NCBI GenBank assembly: GCA_950097015.1 | Contig: CATNEN010000034.1 | Location: 6,820,001-6,884,000, forward strand | From: Macrostomum hystrix | Taxonomy: Eukaryota > Animalia > Platyhelminthes | Direction: 5' to 3' | Length of the DNA: 64,000 bases | Part shown: positions 35,201-47,496 of the stretch, in pieces | How positions within the stretch are numbered: the first letter of the stretch is position 1 | How the letters are laid out: each line of letters begins with the position of its first letter | Notes under the pieces: model-generated | Databases searched by the model: none | What the model was told of the DNA's origin: nothing | The model's input: the letters and a program-made list of their open reading frames with translations, nothing else | Translations under genes and position numbers: made by a program

Positions 35201-35716
35201 CAATCTTTTTTTGCTTGAAACTCTTCTGAATCTATTTGTAAGTATAATCTGATTTCGTATATTTTCTACTAAAAGTAGTTTGTACCGAACTTTTTCAATG
35301 TAAATATACAATAATTGCTAACTGTGCCAACAGACCTTTGAGAATTGCTCGTACCGCTGCACGCCCAGCTGCTCAGCCATGCGGCAAACCCTTGGCTGGC
35401 TGTCCCCAATCCACTGGCCGCCTAAATCCCATCTGTCAGTGGCCGCATGCCCAGCGCCGCCGCAAGGCAAATCCAAGCTCAGCGTGCGACCGCCGACACG
35501 ATCCTTGGCCTCCAGCACCAGCAAGCGAGTTCCGGGTCGGGCCTCCAACAGTTTGGCAGCTGCTGAGAGGCCCGCCAGGCCAGCCCCGATTATCAGGGCG
35601 TCAAGCGGCCCCGCCTCCAGTGGGGTAGGGAAGAGAAATGGAATGAGATTGGGAATGGGAATGCGAATTATTATATCAATGGAGGGATCCCGATGGATAA
35701 TAACTAGGCCAATCAT
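32272..35716 (-). CDS. Flavin-containing amine oxidase (MAO-like), 5 exons; start either ATG 35716 or spliced in at 35614
   Basis: Exons (35716 or 35614)-35336, 34743-34546, 34259-34059, 33565-33175 and 32669-32272 with consistent phases. FAD motif DALIIGAGLAGLSAA..LEAKDRVGGRT, DLGGQWIG, RLVGGAQ, and C-terminal LLFAGTEFASEWIGYMEGALESAERAA. Confidence 0.9.
32720..33150. repeat. 41-bp minisatellite (GGATTGGAGGAGCTCAAGGACTGGAGGAGCAGCGGGTTCAA) in amine oxidase intron 4
   Basis: Tandem units, period 41; shares subunits with the intron 3 array. Confidence 0.9.
33678..34020. repeat. 24-bp minisatellite (AGCAGCGGGTTCAAGGACTGGAGG) in amine oxidase intron 3
   Basis: About 14 tandem units. Confidence 0.9.
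34765..35195. repeat. 33-bp minisatellite (GAAATCTCACTGAGACTACTGGCTGGCTGTGCC) in amine oxidase intron 1
   Basis: About 13 tandem units. Confidence 0.9.
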
Positions 35717-38700
35717 CCCCTTCGCTTTCCCAAAAAATTCTTTTGTGTCTAGATTTCTGCACCAGCCAAATTTAGCCTGCTGATTCTAAAAGCAACTGAC
35801 GACTAAAAATATGCGATTAATTTGTAGTTCGCCTATTTTTATAATAGATTTGAATAACTTTTACATGCAAAAATTTATACAAATAAAGAATTTATTTGAA
35901 TTCATAAAATACTTTAAATACGAGTAAATACGAGTAAACATGAAATGCTAGAATCTTTTATTAAAAATGCAAAAGTTTTCATTCAGACTACTAATAATAG
36001 GCTCTTATGAAGCCAAATACTCCACCATTCGTTTTTTAAGTCTTCATTCATATAGGCCCCTACAATCACTCTTTTGGATTAGGAAAGAAAACCAAAACAT
36101 TTTAGGAATTTTAATTGATTTGAGCTTGCATGTTACTTCTCAAGTATCAATTCTCAAGTATTTCACAATAATTTAATTAAATTATTAAATAGCGATTAAA
36201 TGAAAAAAATAAATAGTTATATGGATAAGTAAATTTATTGGATTTAATTCATTTTGTGGCGCTCTTGAAACTTCAAAAAGAAAGCAGTTAGATGAATTAA
36301 ACTGTACATTCTAAATTTCGACAGCACTTTTACTAAAGCACATATAAGTTAAATGACGTGAAATAAAGAATTTTTAGTTAAACAAGCTGTCTCTACAACT
36401 TAGCTCAAAACCCTTAATAAAAACAAAGTAAAGAAATATAACCTTTTTAGTAAATGTAAAAAGACAAATGAATAACAAGCATGAATTTGTTCATTGTGTC
36501 AATAAATATGGTCTTTAGCAAAGCGTTTTGAAGGGCGCTTCTAGTAATTGATATATTATATATAACAGATTTATAAGCAAAATAGAAGCATAGAAGTTTT
36601 CGAAGTTTCGGCTCCACACTTCTCAAGCATCTGTCTGGAAAAGTGACCCAGTTTAGTATGTAAGTTACGACTTCCAGCTTTCTTAGGAATTTAAACATTC
36701 AAACTAAACTAATATTCTAGTTTCTAATAATTTTTATCGTTGCAGTACAGATAAACAAATTAGTTAAATATATATTTAAAAATATATAATGGAACTTTTG
36801 AACAACCCTGCTTCTAAGAACCGAAGAGTTTACTTTGATAATTATTCTGGCTGAAAGTTAAAACTCTTTGACAATAAATAACTTTTTGCTTAATTTTAAA
36901 ATATATACTTTGTTAGAAGAGAATGTTAGCTTTTCCAATAGTAAACAATTAAACACTTTTTCCAAATATAGGTTTATTTTTAACACCATCCGTAAGTAAT
37001 TACCGATTTTACTGTTTACTTACTTACTTTTTTTATTCAAGTTTTTATAAACTTTTTAGTGGTTTGATACCTTTAGTATTTAAATAGAACATTGGCGTCT
37101 CTTAAAAAACCCAGCAACAATTATTGTGATTAGAAATATATCAATGTATAATTTCTGACTAATTAGGTTTAAATTTTTTCTACAGCAGTAGATTAGAAAG
37201 CAAGAACTTGATATATAAAATGAAGGGTTAATTTGATCATTGATTAATCTGCATATGGCCAATACTGTTTATTAGATTTAGTCAAGGTTTCTTTTTAGAA
37301 ATTAGCTTGTCCTAATTAACTTATCTATAATTAGCTCCTATATTTATTAGGACATATAAAAAATAGATCACACTTCTTATCTATATTTAATGTATATTAT
37401 TAAAGCCAGGTATAGTGTCCAGCTCAAGTATTTAATACATAGCTCGTAGTAATGAAACTTTAACTTACAAGTCAAGTACCATGAAATCTTACTAAATGTG
37501 TGTTACAAATTAGTTTAAAAATACTGCGCTAATGTGACAATGCTAATCACCAACGAGTCAAATATGCGAGGGATCAGAAATTGACTCGTATCTAATGAAT
37601 TCATTAATTGCTTGACAGAGTTTTCTGTGTTATGAGTCGATTATTTGGTATCCAATTCAGAGCTTGGCTATTAATATACTGGCCTAAAATAAGGATGCCA
37701 ACATTTTTCTCACAGCAGTATCTGATCTGATTGGCAGGATTACAATTGTCGAAATTCGTGATTACATTCACGTGGACACGTTACAGACGCACACACTTGC
37801 ACATTTTTAGTACATCTGCCCTGAACTTCTTTGGACAGGCAGTATACACTCTAACTGCGCATTGGAAACCCTTCTCACGGGTATATATTGCGTGAAAAGT
37901 CTTCTCTATACCCTCGAGTTAATGCTTCGATCATTCGGAGTGAATCAATTTAGGAACCAAATGTGCGCTCGTGCCTATTTACCAGCCTGACAAATGCGTA
38001 TTTGTTGTTTTTTTGTTGAGCACATTTCGCTTCGAACTGCGATGAATTCCTTTACAATACAGCATGCAGAAATGAAACTGAGTAGTATTCCGGGCCTCAA
38101 GACAAGCCACCTTTATGGCCGAACTGTATTAGAGGATCCAACGTACAGTGATGCTGAAATCATGACAAATAACTGAGAGTCTTGCAAACTTTGATGGAGA
38201 TAAAGGACAGAGATCTCGAGCAAGCTGATCCGCTTCTTCTGCTCATTTCGGCTGTATTATTAAGCTGATAAATATAATTTTCACTTGGGGGTCGAGGGCA
38301 AGGCGGTTAACACGTGTGCCTCTCTCGAATGATGTGCCATTGCCCGCAGCCCTCCTGCAAATATTATTAATAATATTATATTATCTTTTTCACTTATTAA
38401 CTCGGAGCTAAGCCATACTGACAGACCACGTGTAGTAGTAGTGCTAAAAGTGTAGTAGAACTTGCACAAGAGTATCCAGGTTAGGCTGTAGGAAATTGGG
38501 CCCAGTCGGCCCTCTAAACGCGCCATACATGATAACGAGAGTGTATGCATTTAGTCTGGGTTGTCTGAATGAAACTTGCAATGCTCTGCTTTCCTTGCTT
38601 TCCTGGGGCCAGCAGGTGTTGACCTTTCAAAGATGGTCTGTCTCAACAGACATGATAGGTGCCCGGGACAACAAGGAAAGGAAAGGAAAAGAAAAGATAA

Positions 38701-39204
38701 ACAGTGGGTGCTCAGCACTCACGCCCGCGCCGCGATTAATGTAGAATGTTTTACAGCCTAACTGAAAGGGACTAGTATTTCTCTATACTTTCCATTCTAG
38801 TCCATCTGGCACCTGAGCTGTCACGAAAACTCTCCACCCCCAGCTGATACAATTAGGGCTGGCGCAAAGCCTATAATCTATTGTCTGCAACTTGCTCTAG
38901 CCACATAATTGTCTAATTATTGTCTAACCAATAATTATCTTTGGCCTTAAGCTCGTTGCTTTGTACTTTTGCAAGAAAGTTTCATCACAGTCTATTGAAA
39001 AGCACAATTAGCTAATTTCATTGTCAAAATTTATTATTGTTTTAAATTAACGCAGAAAGCTTTCTTTTAACAGAAATAATTAAATAGAAATTGGGACAAT
39101 CTAAACCGAACAGATTCTGGAATACGCATTCAATACGGCTACAGTCCAAACAGTAAATCAGTGTTCAGTTCACTCTCTCGCGAACCAAGTGTGTGATTGT
39201 CTGC

Positions 39205-39708
39205 TCACATCCTTGAATAGACAGCAGCCAGAGCAGCCGCTGGCAGCAGCAGCAGCAGCCAGGAGGCGCCGCGCAACGACATGGCGGAGTTGCAGAGCTC
39301 TCCGCTGCAGCAGTAGACGTAGTTGCCATAGATGTCCTTGCCGGAGGTGCAGCTGCTGGCGCAGATGCGGTTCACATAGCCAGTGCTGGTGTACTTGTAT
39401 TTCTGGTGTGGTAGCCGGGTTGGCAGGTTAGCACAAGAGCCAAAGTATTCTTATCTTATACTAATTAATATTTATTATCGCTATCACTCACAGCACAATA
39501 AGTGCAGAAGTTGGATTTCGAGTTCTCGCTATTGATGAAGGTCTCACTGCAGGCTGTACAGGTGTAGCACTGATAGGAGGCCTCAGCGGTGAGCAAGGAG
39601 GCTGCGGAATTAATGAGTTAAACAAAAGTGAACTCAAAGCTGAAACAGTGAGTATTCAAATCGCGCACTCTTACCTCCGAGCACTAGAAGTAGTAGGGCG
39701 CAGTGCAT
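39205..39708 (-). CDS. Ly6/uPAR (three-finger, CD59-like) GPI-anchored protein 1, 3 exons, 113 aa
   Basis: Exons 39708-39675, 39601-39492 and 39402-39205. Signal peptide MHCALLLLVLGASLLTAEA; 10 Cys with CYTC start and CCSGELCN end; hydrophobic C-terminal GPI signal. Confidence 0.9.
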
Positions 39709-40789
39709 TTTCGTTGACGCTATTCGTTGCTGCTGCTGCTGCCGATGCTGATTCTGCCGTTGCGGCTTGACGCAGCGCGGCTGAGCAGACTAATATACAG
39801 GCGCTTGGTTGCCATGGGCAACTGGGGTAAGAGATTGGCAGAGCGTTACAACGCCTGTGATGTTGACGAATGCCAGCGCCTATCGCTTTGGGCTGGTGAC
39901 CCACCCAGTATAAACAACAGACTCAGTCTGTCTGAGCCCCTCCATCTCCACTCCCCCCACGTGAGTTGTTTTTCAACCGATTCCACGAATTGCAATGTTG
40001 AGTTGAAAAAAAAACTGACACACTTATCAACCTGTCTACGAAGATGCATCGAATGAGTTGAGCAACTTATTTCTAGGGTTCTGCTAGACAATAGTACTCT
40101 TTTCTTGTCCATGCATGCAGCGCCAATTTCTCATTCTCTCATTAGGATGCGTGCATTTCCTTTCGAATTCGCTACGCTAACATCACTCTGCCATTTTTGT
40201 GTGGCATCGTTGAAAAAGTATTTCGAAGGCCGACTATAATTAGCGGCCCACTCGTCTGATGCACGAGTCTGAGAAATACGAATGTAAATAAGGCATCACA
40301 AGCACGCAGCTAAATTTCATGCAAACGAAAATATTTTCTGTCGCGGTAGAAACTTTTGTGCGACGAATGGCCAGCTTGTTGCCATGCAAAACTTGAGTGC
40401 GAAACGGACGAATGGGCGCCTATTAGCTTGAATTGCAGAAGCAAAGAATTCTAAGTCTCCGTGTCTCCTAGCTTACGCTCTGAAGAATGCTTTTGAGTAT
40501 ATGTCGAAAATAGGCATATTTAGTTAATGAAAAGCACGCTTGGTTAAGCTTCAACAAAATTTTTCGTTGCAATGAAAGACTACTCACCGAACACATGAAT
40601 GAGAACAGAAAAATGGTTCATCAAACAGTTTGTGTTTTACTGGGAACATGAAGATTTAAATTTAAGTTTGAAAGGTAAATTGAATTAGAAAAAATGTTGG
40701 TCAAATCGAATTTAAGCACGGGCGTAGACAGGGGGACAAGGGGCCGACCTCCTCACAGCGACCGATTCAGTGAATCCATAACCAATGGT

Positions 40790-41760
40790 GTCGCATACAT
40801 CACAAATCCATGGTGTCACGTACTCCACAAATCCATGGTGTCGCGTACACCACAAATCCATGGTGGTGTACCCCCTATATCCATGATGTCGCGTACTCCG
40901 CAACTCCATGGTGTCGCGTACACCACAAATCCATGGTGGCGTACCAAACAAATCAACGGTGGTGTACCCCCTATATCCATGATGTCGCGTACTCCACAAC
41001 TCCATGGTGTCGCGTACACCACAAATCCATGGTGGTGTACCCCCTATATCCATGATGTCGCGTACTCCACAACTCCATGGTGTCGCGTACACCACAAATC
41101 CATGGTGGCGTACCAAACAAATCAACGGTGGTGTACCCCCTATATCCATGATGTCGCGTACTCCACAACTCCATGGTGTCGCGTACACCACAAATCCATG
41201 GTGGTGTACCCCCTAAATCCATGGTGTCGCGTACTCCACAAATCCATGGTGTCGCGTACACCACAAATCCATGGTGGTGTACCCCCTATATCCATGATGT
41301 CGCGTACTCCACAACTCCATGGTGTCGCGTACACCACAAATCCATGGTGGCGTACCAAACAAATCAACGGTGGTGTACCCCCTATATCCATGATGTCGCG
41401 TACTCCACAACTCCATGGTGTCGCGTACACCACAAATCCATGGTGGTGTACCCCCTATATCCATGATGTCGCGTACTCCACAAATCCATGGTGTCGCGTA
41501 CACCACAAATCCATGGTGGTGTACCCCCTATATCCATGATGTCGCGTACTCCACAAATCCATGGTGTCGCGTACACCACAAATCCATGGTGGTGTACCCC
41601 CTATATCCATGATGTCGCGTACTCCACAACTCCATGGTGTCGCGTACCCCACAAATCCATGGTGTCGCGTACCCCACAAATCCATGGTGTCGCGTACCCC
41701 ACAAATCCATGGTGTCGCGTACACCACAAATCCATGGTGGCGTACCAAACAAATCAATGG
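40790..41760. repeat. Composite minisatellite of 23-25 bp subunits (CCATGGTGTCGCGTACACCACAAAT / CCATGGTGGTGTACCCCCTATAT) between the two Ly6 genes
   Basis: Tandem related subunits in recurring order; the many overlapping ORFs are repeat translations. Confidence 0.95.
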
Positions 41761-42047
41761 TGTACCCTACAAATCCGCAGTGGCGTACCCCCATAAACAT
41801 TGTGGCGAACCCCCATAAAATCCCCATTTTGATAGGTGGCGTACCCATCTAAACTTCTGAACTAAACTTCTAAATTTGGCCTTCAATTTCGAACAGTGAT
41901 TTGCATTCTCAGCACCTAAAAACCTTATAAAACCATCTTATAGGACTTCACAAACATGTCGCATAGTAGACGAACTGGGCGAACAGTGTGACAAGACTGA
42001 ACACGCTGTCACCGCGGTAAAGCTGCCAAGACTGCTGAAGACTGGCA

Positions 42048-42950
42048 ATGCATGGCACTGTCGCCCTGCTTCTGCTGGCCATCGGAGGTGAGAATCGGCC
42101 TGCATAATTGTGGAACTGCGTTCCAAATTATTTAAAATGGTATTTAAAGGGCCCACATTTATTTATTTTATTTTCAGTATTTTTATTTCTGTATCAAAAT
42201 ATTCAACTAATCGCTATGAAATTTTCATAGATTCTCGTCGTGGTGTCAAGTGGCAAAAACCACTAAAATAGGCATCATTTTTCTGCTTCTGCTCCCTTAA
42301 CAATGTCAATCAGTCGTAGAGTAGAAGGATGGGAAACTACGTTTCTTAGAAACGTTTTTCGCGAAAACCAGCCTTCAATTTTTTTCTAAGAAACGTAGTT
42401 TTCACTCTTTTTACTCCTAGTGGCCCTTGCTTTCCCCAGGGGGAATAGTGTCCTTGAGCTCGAAAAGTCCGCGGCGAGGCCACATTCACGTGGGGCGAAG
42501 TCGCAACCTTTTTTCGGTTCTCACAAGACACAAGATTTGTTATACGAAAGCTCCCATTCTGAAATTCTTAAACTGTTTCCTCAGCTGCCACCGTCAGTAG
42601 GGCCGATGGAATGAGCTGTTATTACTGCCTTAAGTGTAGCGACAGCTTCAAATCAGACGAGGCAACCGTTTTAACATCGTGCACTGCGTGTGGGGTGAGT
42701 GCCAAAGTTATCTTTCCATACATCGATAAGCCGCAGATAGGACTTGTATCCCTGATTTCAGAAGAGCAAAATTGGCAGCCTGATCAGTCGCCAGTGCCTG
42801 AATTTCTGCATCCCGGCCACAGACTCCAAAGGCAACGGGCAGTACTGCTGCTCCGGGGACTTCTGCAACTCGGCCATGCGACTGTACTCCGTCTCCTACG
42901 CGCTGCTGCTGCTGCTCAGCGTTCTCGCTGTCACCTGCCCCAGACTCTGA
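42048..42950 (+). CDS. Ly6/uPAR (three-finger, CD59-like) GPI-anchored protein 2, 3 exons, 112 aa
   Basis: Exons 42048-42087, 42585-42694 and 42762-42950. MHGTVALLLLAIG signal; 10 Cys from SCYYC to CCSGDFCN; hydrophobic tail; same exon phases and same 110-bp exon 2 as paralog 1. Confidence 0.9.
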
Positions 42951-42957
42951 TTGCCTT

Positions 42958-43290
42958 TCTTAGTGGTCGGCAGCTAGCCGATCCGCACAATGTTCCTAAG
43001 CTCGATTCCGCGGCGAGGCCACATTTATTTGGGGGCTAATTTTTCGTGCAATTTACGCCCTTGATGGCCAAACTCTAAGGCACAGTGAGAGTGTACACTG
43101 CCTGACGATGAGAAGAAAGTCAGGGCAGATGTACACACCTGTGTGAGCGTGTGCCTGCGTACAGTATCTGTGTGCGTGTGTGCTCAGGAGTCAGCTTAAT
43201 GGGCAGAATTGCCTCCTCGCTGGCTGCGGGTCTAGTGTCACCAAATGATGTGCCTTTGCCCACAGCCCTCCTCTGATTATAATTATTTTT
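42958..43290 (+). mobile_element. tRNA-derived SINE family B, near full-length
   Basis: Head with GCTCGATTCCGCGGCGAGGCCACA, body highly similar to the 58345-58687 copy, tail ATTATAATTATT. Confidence 0.8.
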
Positions 43291-43364
43291 ATCCGATCCA
43301 CAATGGTCCATCTCTTCCGCGTGTCATATCACCTTTTAGCTAGTCACCACTACCTTCTCATCAC

Positions 43365-46300
43365 TCCGAGTCTCCCGTTTCATTTCTCCCTGTCTAGTCC
43401 ATCCCGTTTCATTTCTCCCTGTCTAGTCTATCCCGTCTCATTTCTCATTGTCTAGTCCATCCCGTTTCATTTCTCCCTGTCTAGTCTATCCCGTCTCATT
43501 TCTCCCTGTCTAGTCTATCCCGTCTCATTTCTCCCTGTCTAGTCTATCCCGTTTCATTTCTCCCTGTCTAGTCTATCCCGTCTCATTTCTCCCTGTCTAG
43601 TCTATCCCGTTTCATTTCTCCCTGTCTAGTCCTTTCCGTCTCATTCTCCCTGTCTAGTCCATCCAGTCTCATTTCTCCCTGTCTAGTCCATCCAGTCTCA
43701 TTTCTCCCTGTCTAGTCCATCCAGTCTCATTTCTCCCTGTCTAGTCCATCCAGTCTCATCTCTCCCTGTCTAGTCCATCCAGTCTCATCTCTCCCTGTCT
43801 AGTCCATCCAGTCTCATTTCTCCCTGTCTAGTCCATCCAGTCTCATTTCTCCCTGTCTAGTCCATCCAGTCTCATTTCTCCCTGTCTAGTCCATCCAGTC
43901 TCATTTCTCCCTGTCTAGTCCATCCAGTCTCATTTCTCCCTGTCTAGTCCATCCAGTCTCATTTCTCCCTGTCTAGTCTATCCTGTCTCATTTCTCCCTG
44001 TCTAGTCTATCCCGTTTCATTTCTCCCTGTCTAGTCTATCCAGTCTCATCTCTCCCTGTCTAGTCCATAGTCTCATTTCTCCCTATCTAGTCCATCCAGT
44101 CTCATTTCTCCCTGTCTAGTCCATCGTCTCATCTCTCCCTGTCTAGTCCATCGTCTCATCTCTCCCTGTCTAGTCCATCGTGTCATCTCTCCCTGTCTAG
44201 TCCATCGTCTCATCTCTCCCTGTCTAGTCCATCGTCTCATCTCTCCCTGTCTAGTCCATCGTCTCATTTCTCCCTGTCTAGTCCATCCCGTCTCATTTCT
44301 CCCTGTCTAGTCCATCCAGTCTCATCTCTCCCTGTCTAGTCCATCGTCTCATCTCTCCCTGTCTAGTCCATCGTCTCATTTCTCCCTGTCTAGTCCATCC
44401 CGTCTCATTTCTCCCTGTCTAGTCCATCCAGTCTCATCTCTCCCTGTCTAGTCCATCCCGTCTCATTTCTCCCTGTCTAGTCCATCCAGTCTCATCTCTC
44501 CCTGTCTAGTCCATCCCGTCTCATTCTCCCTGTCTAGTCCATCCAGTCTCATTTCTCCCTGTCTAGTCCATCGTCTCATTTCTCCCTGTCTAGTCCATCC
44601 AGTCTCATTTCTCCCTGTCTAGTCCATCCAGTCTCATTTCTCCCTGTCTAGTCCATCGTCTCATTTCTCCCTGTCTAGTCCATCCAGTCTCATTTCTCCC
44701 TGTCTAGTCCATCCAGTCTCATTTCTCCCTGTCTAGTCCTTTCCGTCTCATTCTCCCTGTCTAGTCCATCCAGTCTCATTTCTCCCTGTCTAGTCCATCC
44801 AGTCTCATCTCTCCCTGTCTAGTCCATCCAGTCTCATTTCTCCCTGTCTAGTCCTTTCCGTCTCATTCTCCCTGACTAGTCCATCCAGTCTCATTTCTCC
44901 CTGTCTAGTCCATCCAGTCTCATTTCTCCCTGTCTAGTCCATCCAGTCTCATTTCTCCCTGTCTAGTCCTTTCCGTCTCATTCTCCCTGTCTAGTCCATC
45001 CAGTCTCATTTCTCCCTGTCTAGTCCATCCAGTCTCATTTCTCCCTGTCTAGTCCATCCAGTCTCATTTCTCCCTGTCTAGTCCATCCAGTCTCATTTCT
45101 CCCTGTCTAGTCCATCCAGTCTCATTTCTCCCTGTCTAGTCTATCCAGTCTCATTTCTCCCTGTCTAGTCTATCCCGTTTCATTTCTCCCTGTCTAGTCT
45201 ATCCAGTCTCATCTCTCCCTGTCTAGTCCATAGTCTCATTTCTCCCTATCTAGTCCATCCAGTCTCATTTCTCCCTGTCTAGTCCATCGTCTCATCTCTC
45301 CCTGTCTAGTCCATCGTCTCATCTCTCCCTGTCTAGTCCATCGTCTCATCTCTCCCTGTCTAGTCCATCGTCTCATCTCTCCCTGTCTAGTCCATCGTCT
45401 CATCTCTCCCTGTCTAGTCCATCGTCTCATTTCTCCCTGTCTAGTCCATCCCGTCTCATTTCTCCCTGTCTAGTCCATCCAGTCTCATCTCTCCCTGTCT
45501 AGTCCATCGTCTCATCTCTCCCTGTCTAGTCCATCGTCTCATTTCTCCCTGTCTAGTCCATCCCGTCTCATTTCTCCCTGTCTAGTCCATCCAGTCTCAT
45601 CTCTCCCTGTCTAGTCCATCCCGTCTCATTCTCCCTGTCTAGTCCATCCAGTCTCATTTCTCCCTGTCTAGTCCATCGTCTCATTTCTCCCTGTCTAGTC
45701 CATCCAGTCTCATTTCTCCCTGTCTAGTCCATCCAGTCTCATTTCTCCCTGTCTAGTCCATCCAGTCTCATTTCTCCCTGTCTAGTCTATCCAGTCTCAT
45801 TTCTCCCTGTCTAGTCTATCCCGTTTCATTTCTCCCTGTCTAGTCTATCCAGTCTCATCTCTCCCTGTCTAGTCCATAGTCTCATTTCTCCCTATCTAGT
45901 CCATCCAGTCTCATTTCTCCCTGTCTAGTCCATCGTCTCATCTCTCCCTGTCTAGTCCATCGTCTCATCTCTCCCTGTCTAGTCCATCGTCTCATCTCTC
46001 CCTGTCTAGTCCATCGTCTCATCTCTCCCTGTCTAGTCCATCGTCTCATCTCTCCCTGTCTAGTCCATCGTCTCATTTCTCCCTGTCTAGTCCATCCCGT
46101 CTCATTTCTCCCTGTCTAGTCCATCCAGTCTCATCTCTCCCTGTCTAGTCCATCGTCTCATCTCTCCCTGTCTAGTCCATCGTCTCATTTCTCCCTGTCT
46201 AGTCCATCCCGTCTCATTTCTCCCTGTCTAGTCCATCCAGTCTCATCTCTCCCTGTCTAGTCCATCGTCTCATCTCTCCCTGTCTAGTCCATCGTCTCAT

Positions 46301-47322
46301 TTCTCCCTGTCTAGTCCATCCCGTCTCATTTCTCCCTGTCTAGTCCATCCAGTCTCATTTCTCCCTGTCTAGTCCTTTCCGTCTCATTCTCCCTGTCTAG
46401 TCCATCCAGTCTCATTTCTCCCTGTCTAGTCCATCCAGTCTCATTTCTCCCTGTCTAGTCCATCCAGTCTCATTTCTCCCTGTCTAGTCCATCGTCTCAT
46501 TTCTCCCTGTCTAGTCCATCCAGTCTCATTTCTCCCTGTCTAGTCCATCCAGTCTCATTTCTCCCTGTCTAGTCCATCCAGTCTCATCTCTCCCTGTCTA
46601 GTCCATCGTCTCATCTCTCCCTGTCTAGTCCATCGTCTCATTTCTCCCTGTCTAGTCCATCCAGTCTCATTTCTCCCTGTCTAGTCCATCCAGTCTCATT
46701 TCTCCCTGTCTAGTCCTTTCCGTCTCATTCTCCCTGACTAGTCCATCCAGTCTCATTTCTCCCTGTCTAGTCCATCCAGTCTCATTTCTCCCTGTCTAGT
46801 CCTTTCCGTCTCATTCTCCCTGTCTAGTCCATCCAGTCTCATTTCTCCCTGTCTAGTCCATCCAGTCTCATTTCTCCCTGTCTAGTCCATCCAGTCTCAT
46901 TTCTCCCTGTCTAGTCCATCCAGTCTCATTTCTCCCTGTCTAGTCCATCCAGTCTCATTTCTCCCTGTCTAGTCCATCCAGTCTCATTTCTCCCTGTCTA
47001 GTCCATCCAGTCTCATTTCTCCCTGTCTAGTCCATCCAGTCTCATTTCTCCCTGTCTAGTCCATCCAGTCTCATTTCTCCCTGTCTAGTCCATCCAGTCT
47101 CATTTCTCCCTGTCTAGTCCTTTCCGTCTCATTCTCCCTGTCTAGTCCATCCAGTCTCATTTCTCCCTGTCTAGTCCATCCAGTCTCATTTCTCCCTGTC
47201 TAGTCCTTTCCGTCTCATTCTCCCTGTCTAGTCCATCTAGTCTCATTTCTCCCTGTCTAGTCCATCCAGTCTCATTTCTCCCTGTCTAGTCCATCCAGTC
47301 TCATTTCTCCCTGTCTAGTCCA
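43365..47322. repeat. ~4 kb pyrimidine-rich minisatellite, 27-29 bp unit (CTCCCTGTCTAGTCCATCCAGTCTCATTT)
   Basis: About 140 tandem units with variant blocks repeated at higher order. Confidence 0.97.
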
Positions 47323-47496
47323 ATAGTGTTGTTTATTTTTTGCGGCAATTAGCTCGTATTTACTTTTTTACACTGTCTAGTCTGCACCAGCGACAAAATT
47401 TTTTAATACACGACTTTTCTACTACTTCTATTGAAAAAATGCATTAGTATTTTATTCTCACGAGCCTTTTGATTTCTTAGGGTCGTTACTCATGTT

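Noticed and set aside
40694-41852. Multiple overlapping Trp/Cys-rich ORFs
   Set aside because: All frames on both strands are open because of the composite minisatellite
43088-43140. Hammerhead ribozyme core (CTGACGA...GAAA) in SINE-B
   Set aside because: CTGAC pairs with the downstream GTCAG as a simple hairpin; no stem II/III or NUH site in the required geometry
44073-46076. MRRWTRQGE-repeat ORFs
   Set aside because: Runs of the 27-bp satellite variant; no gene context
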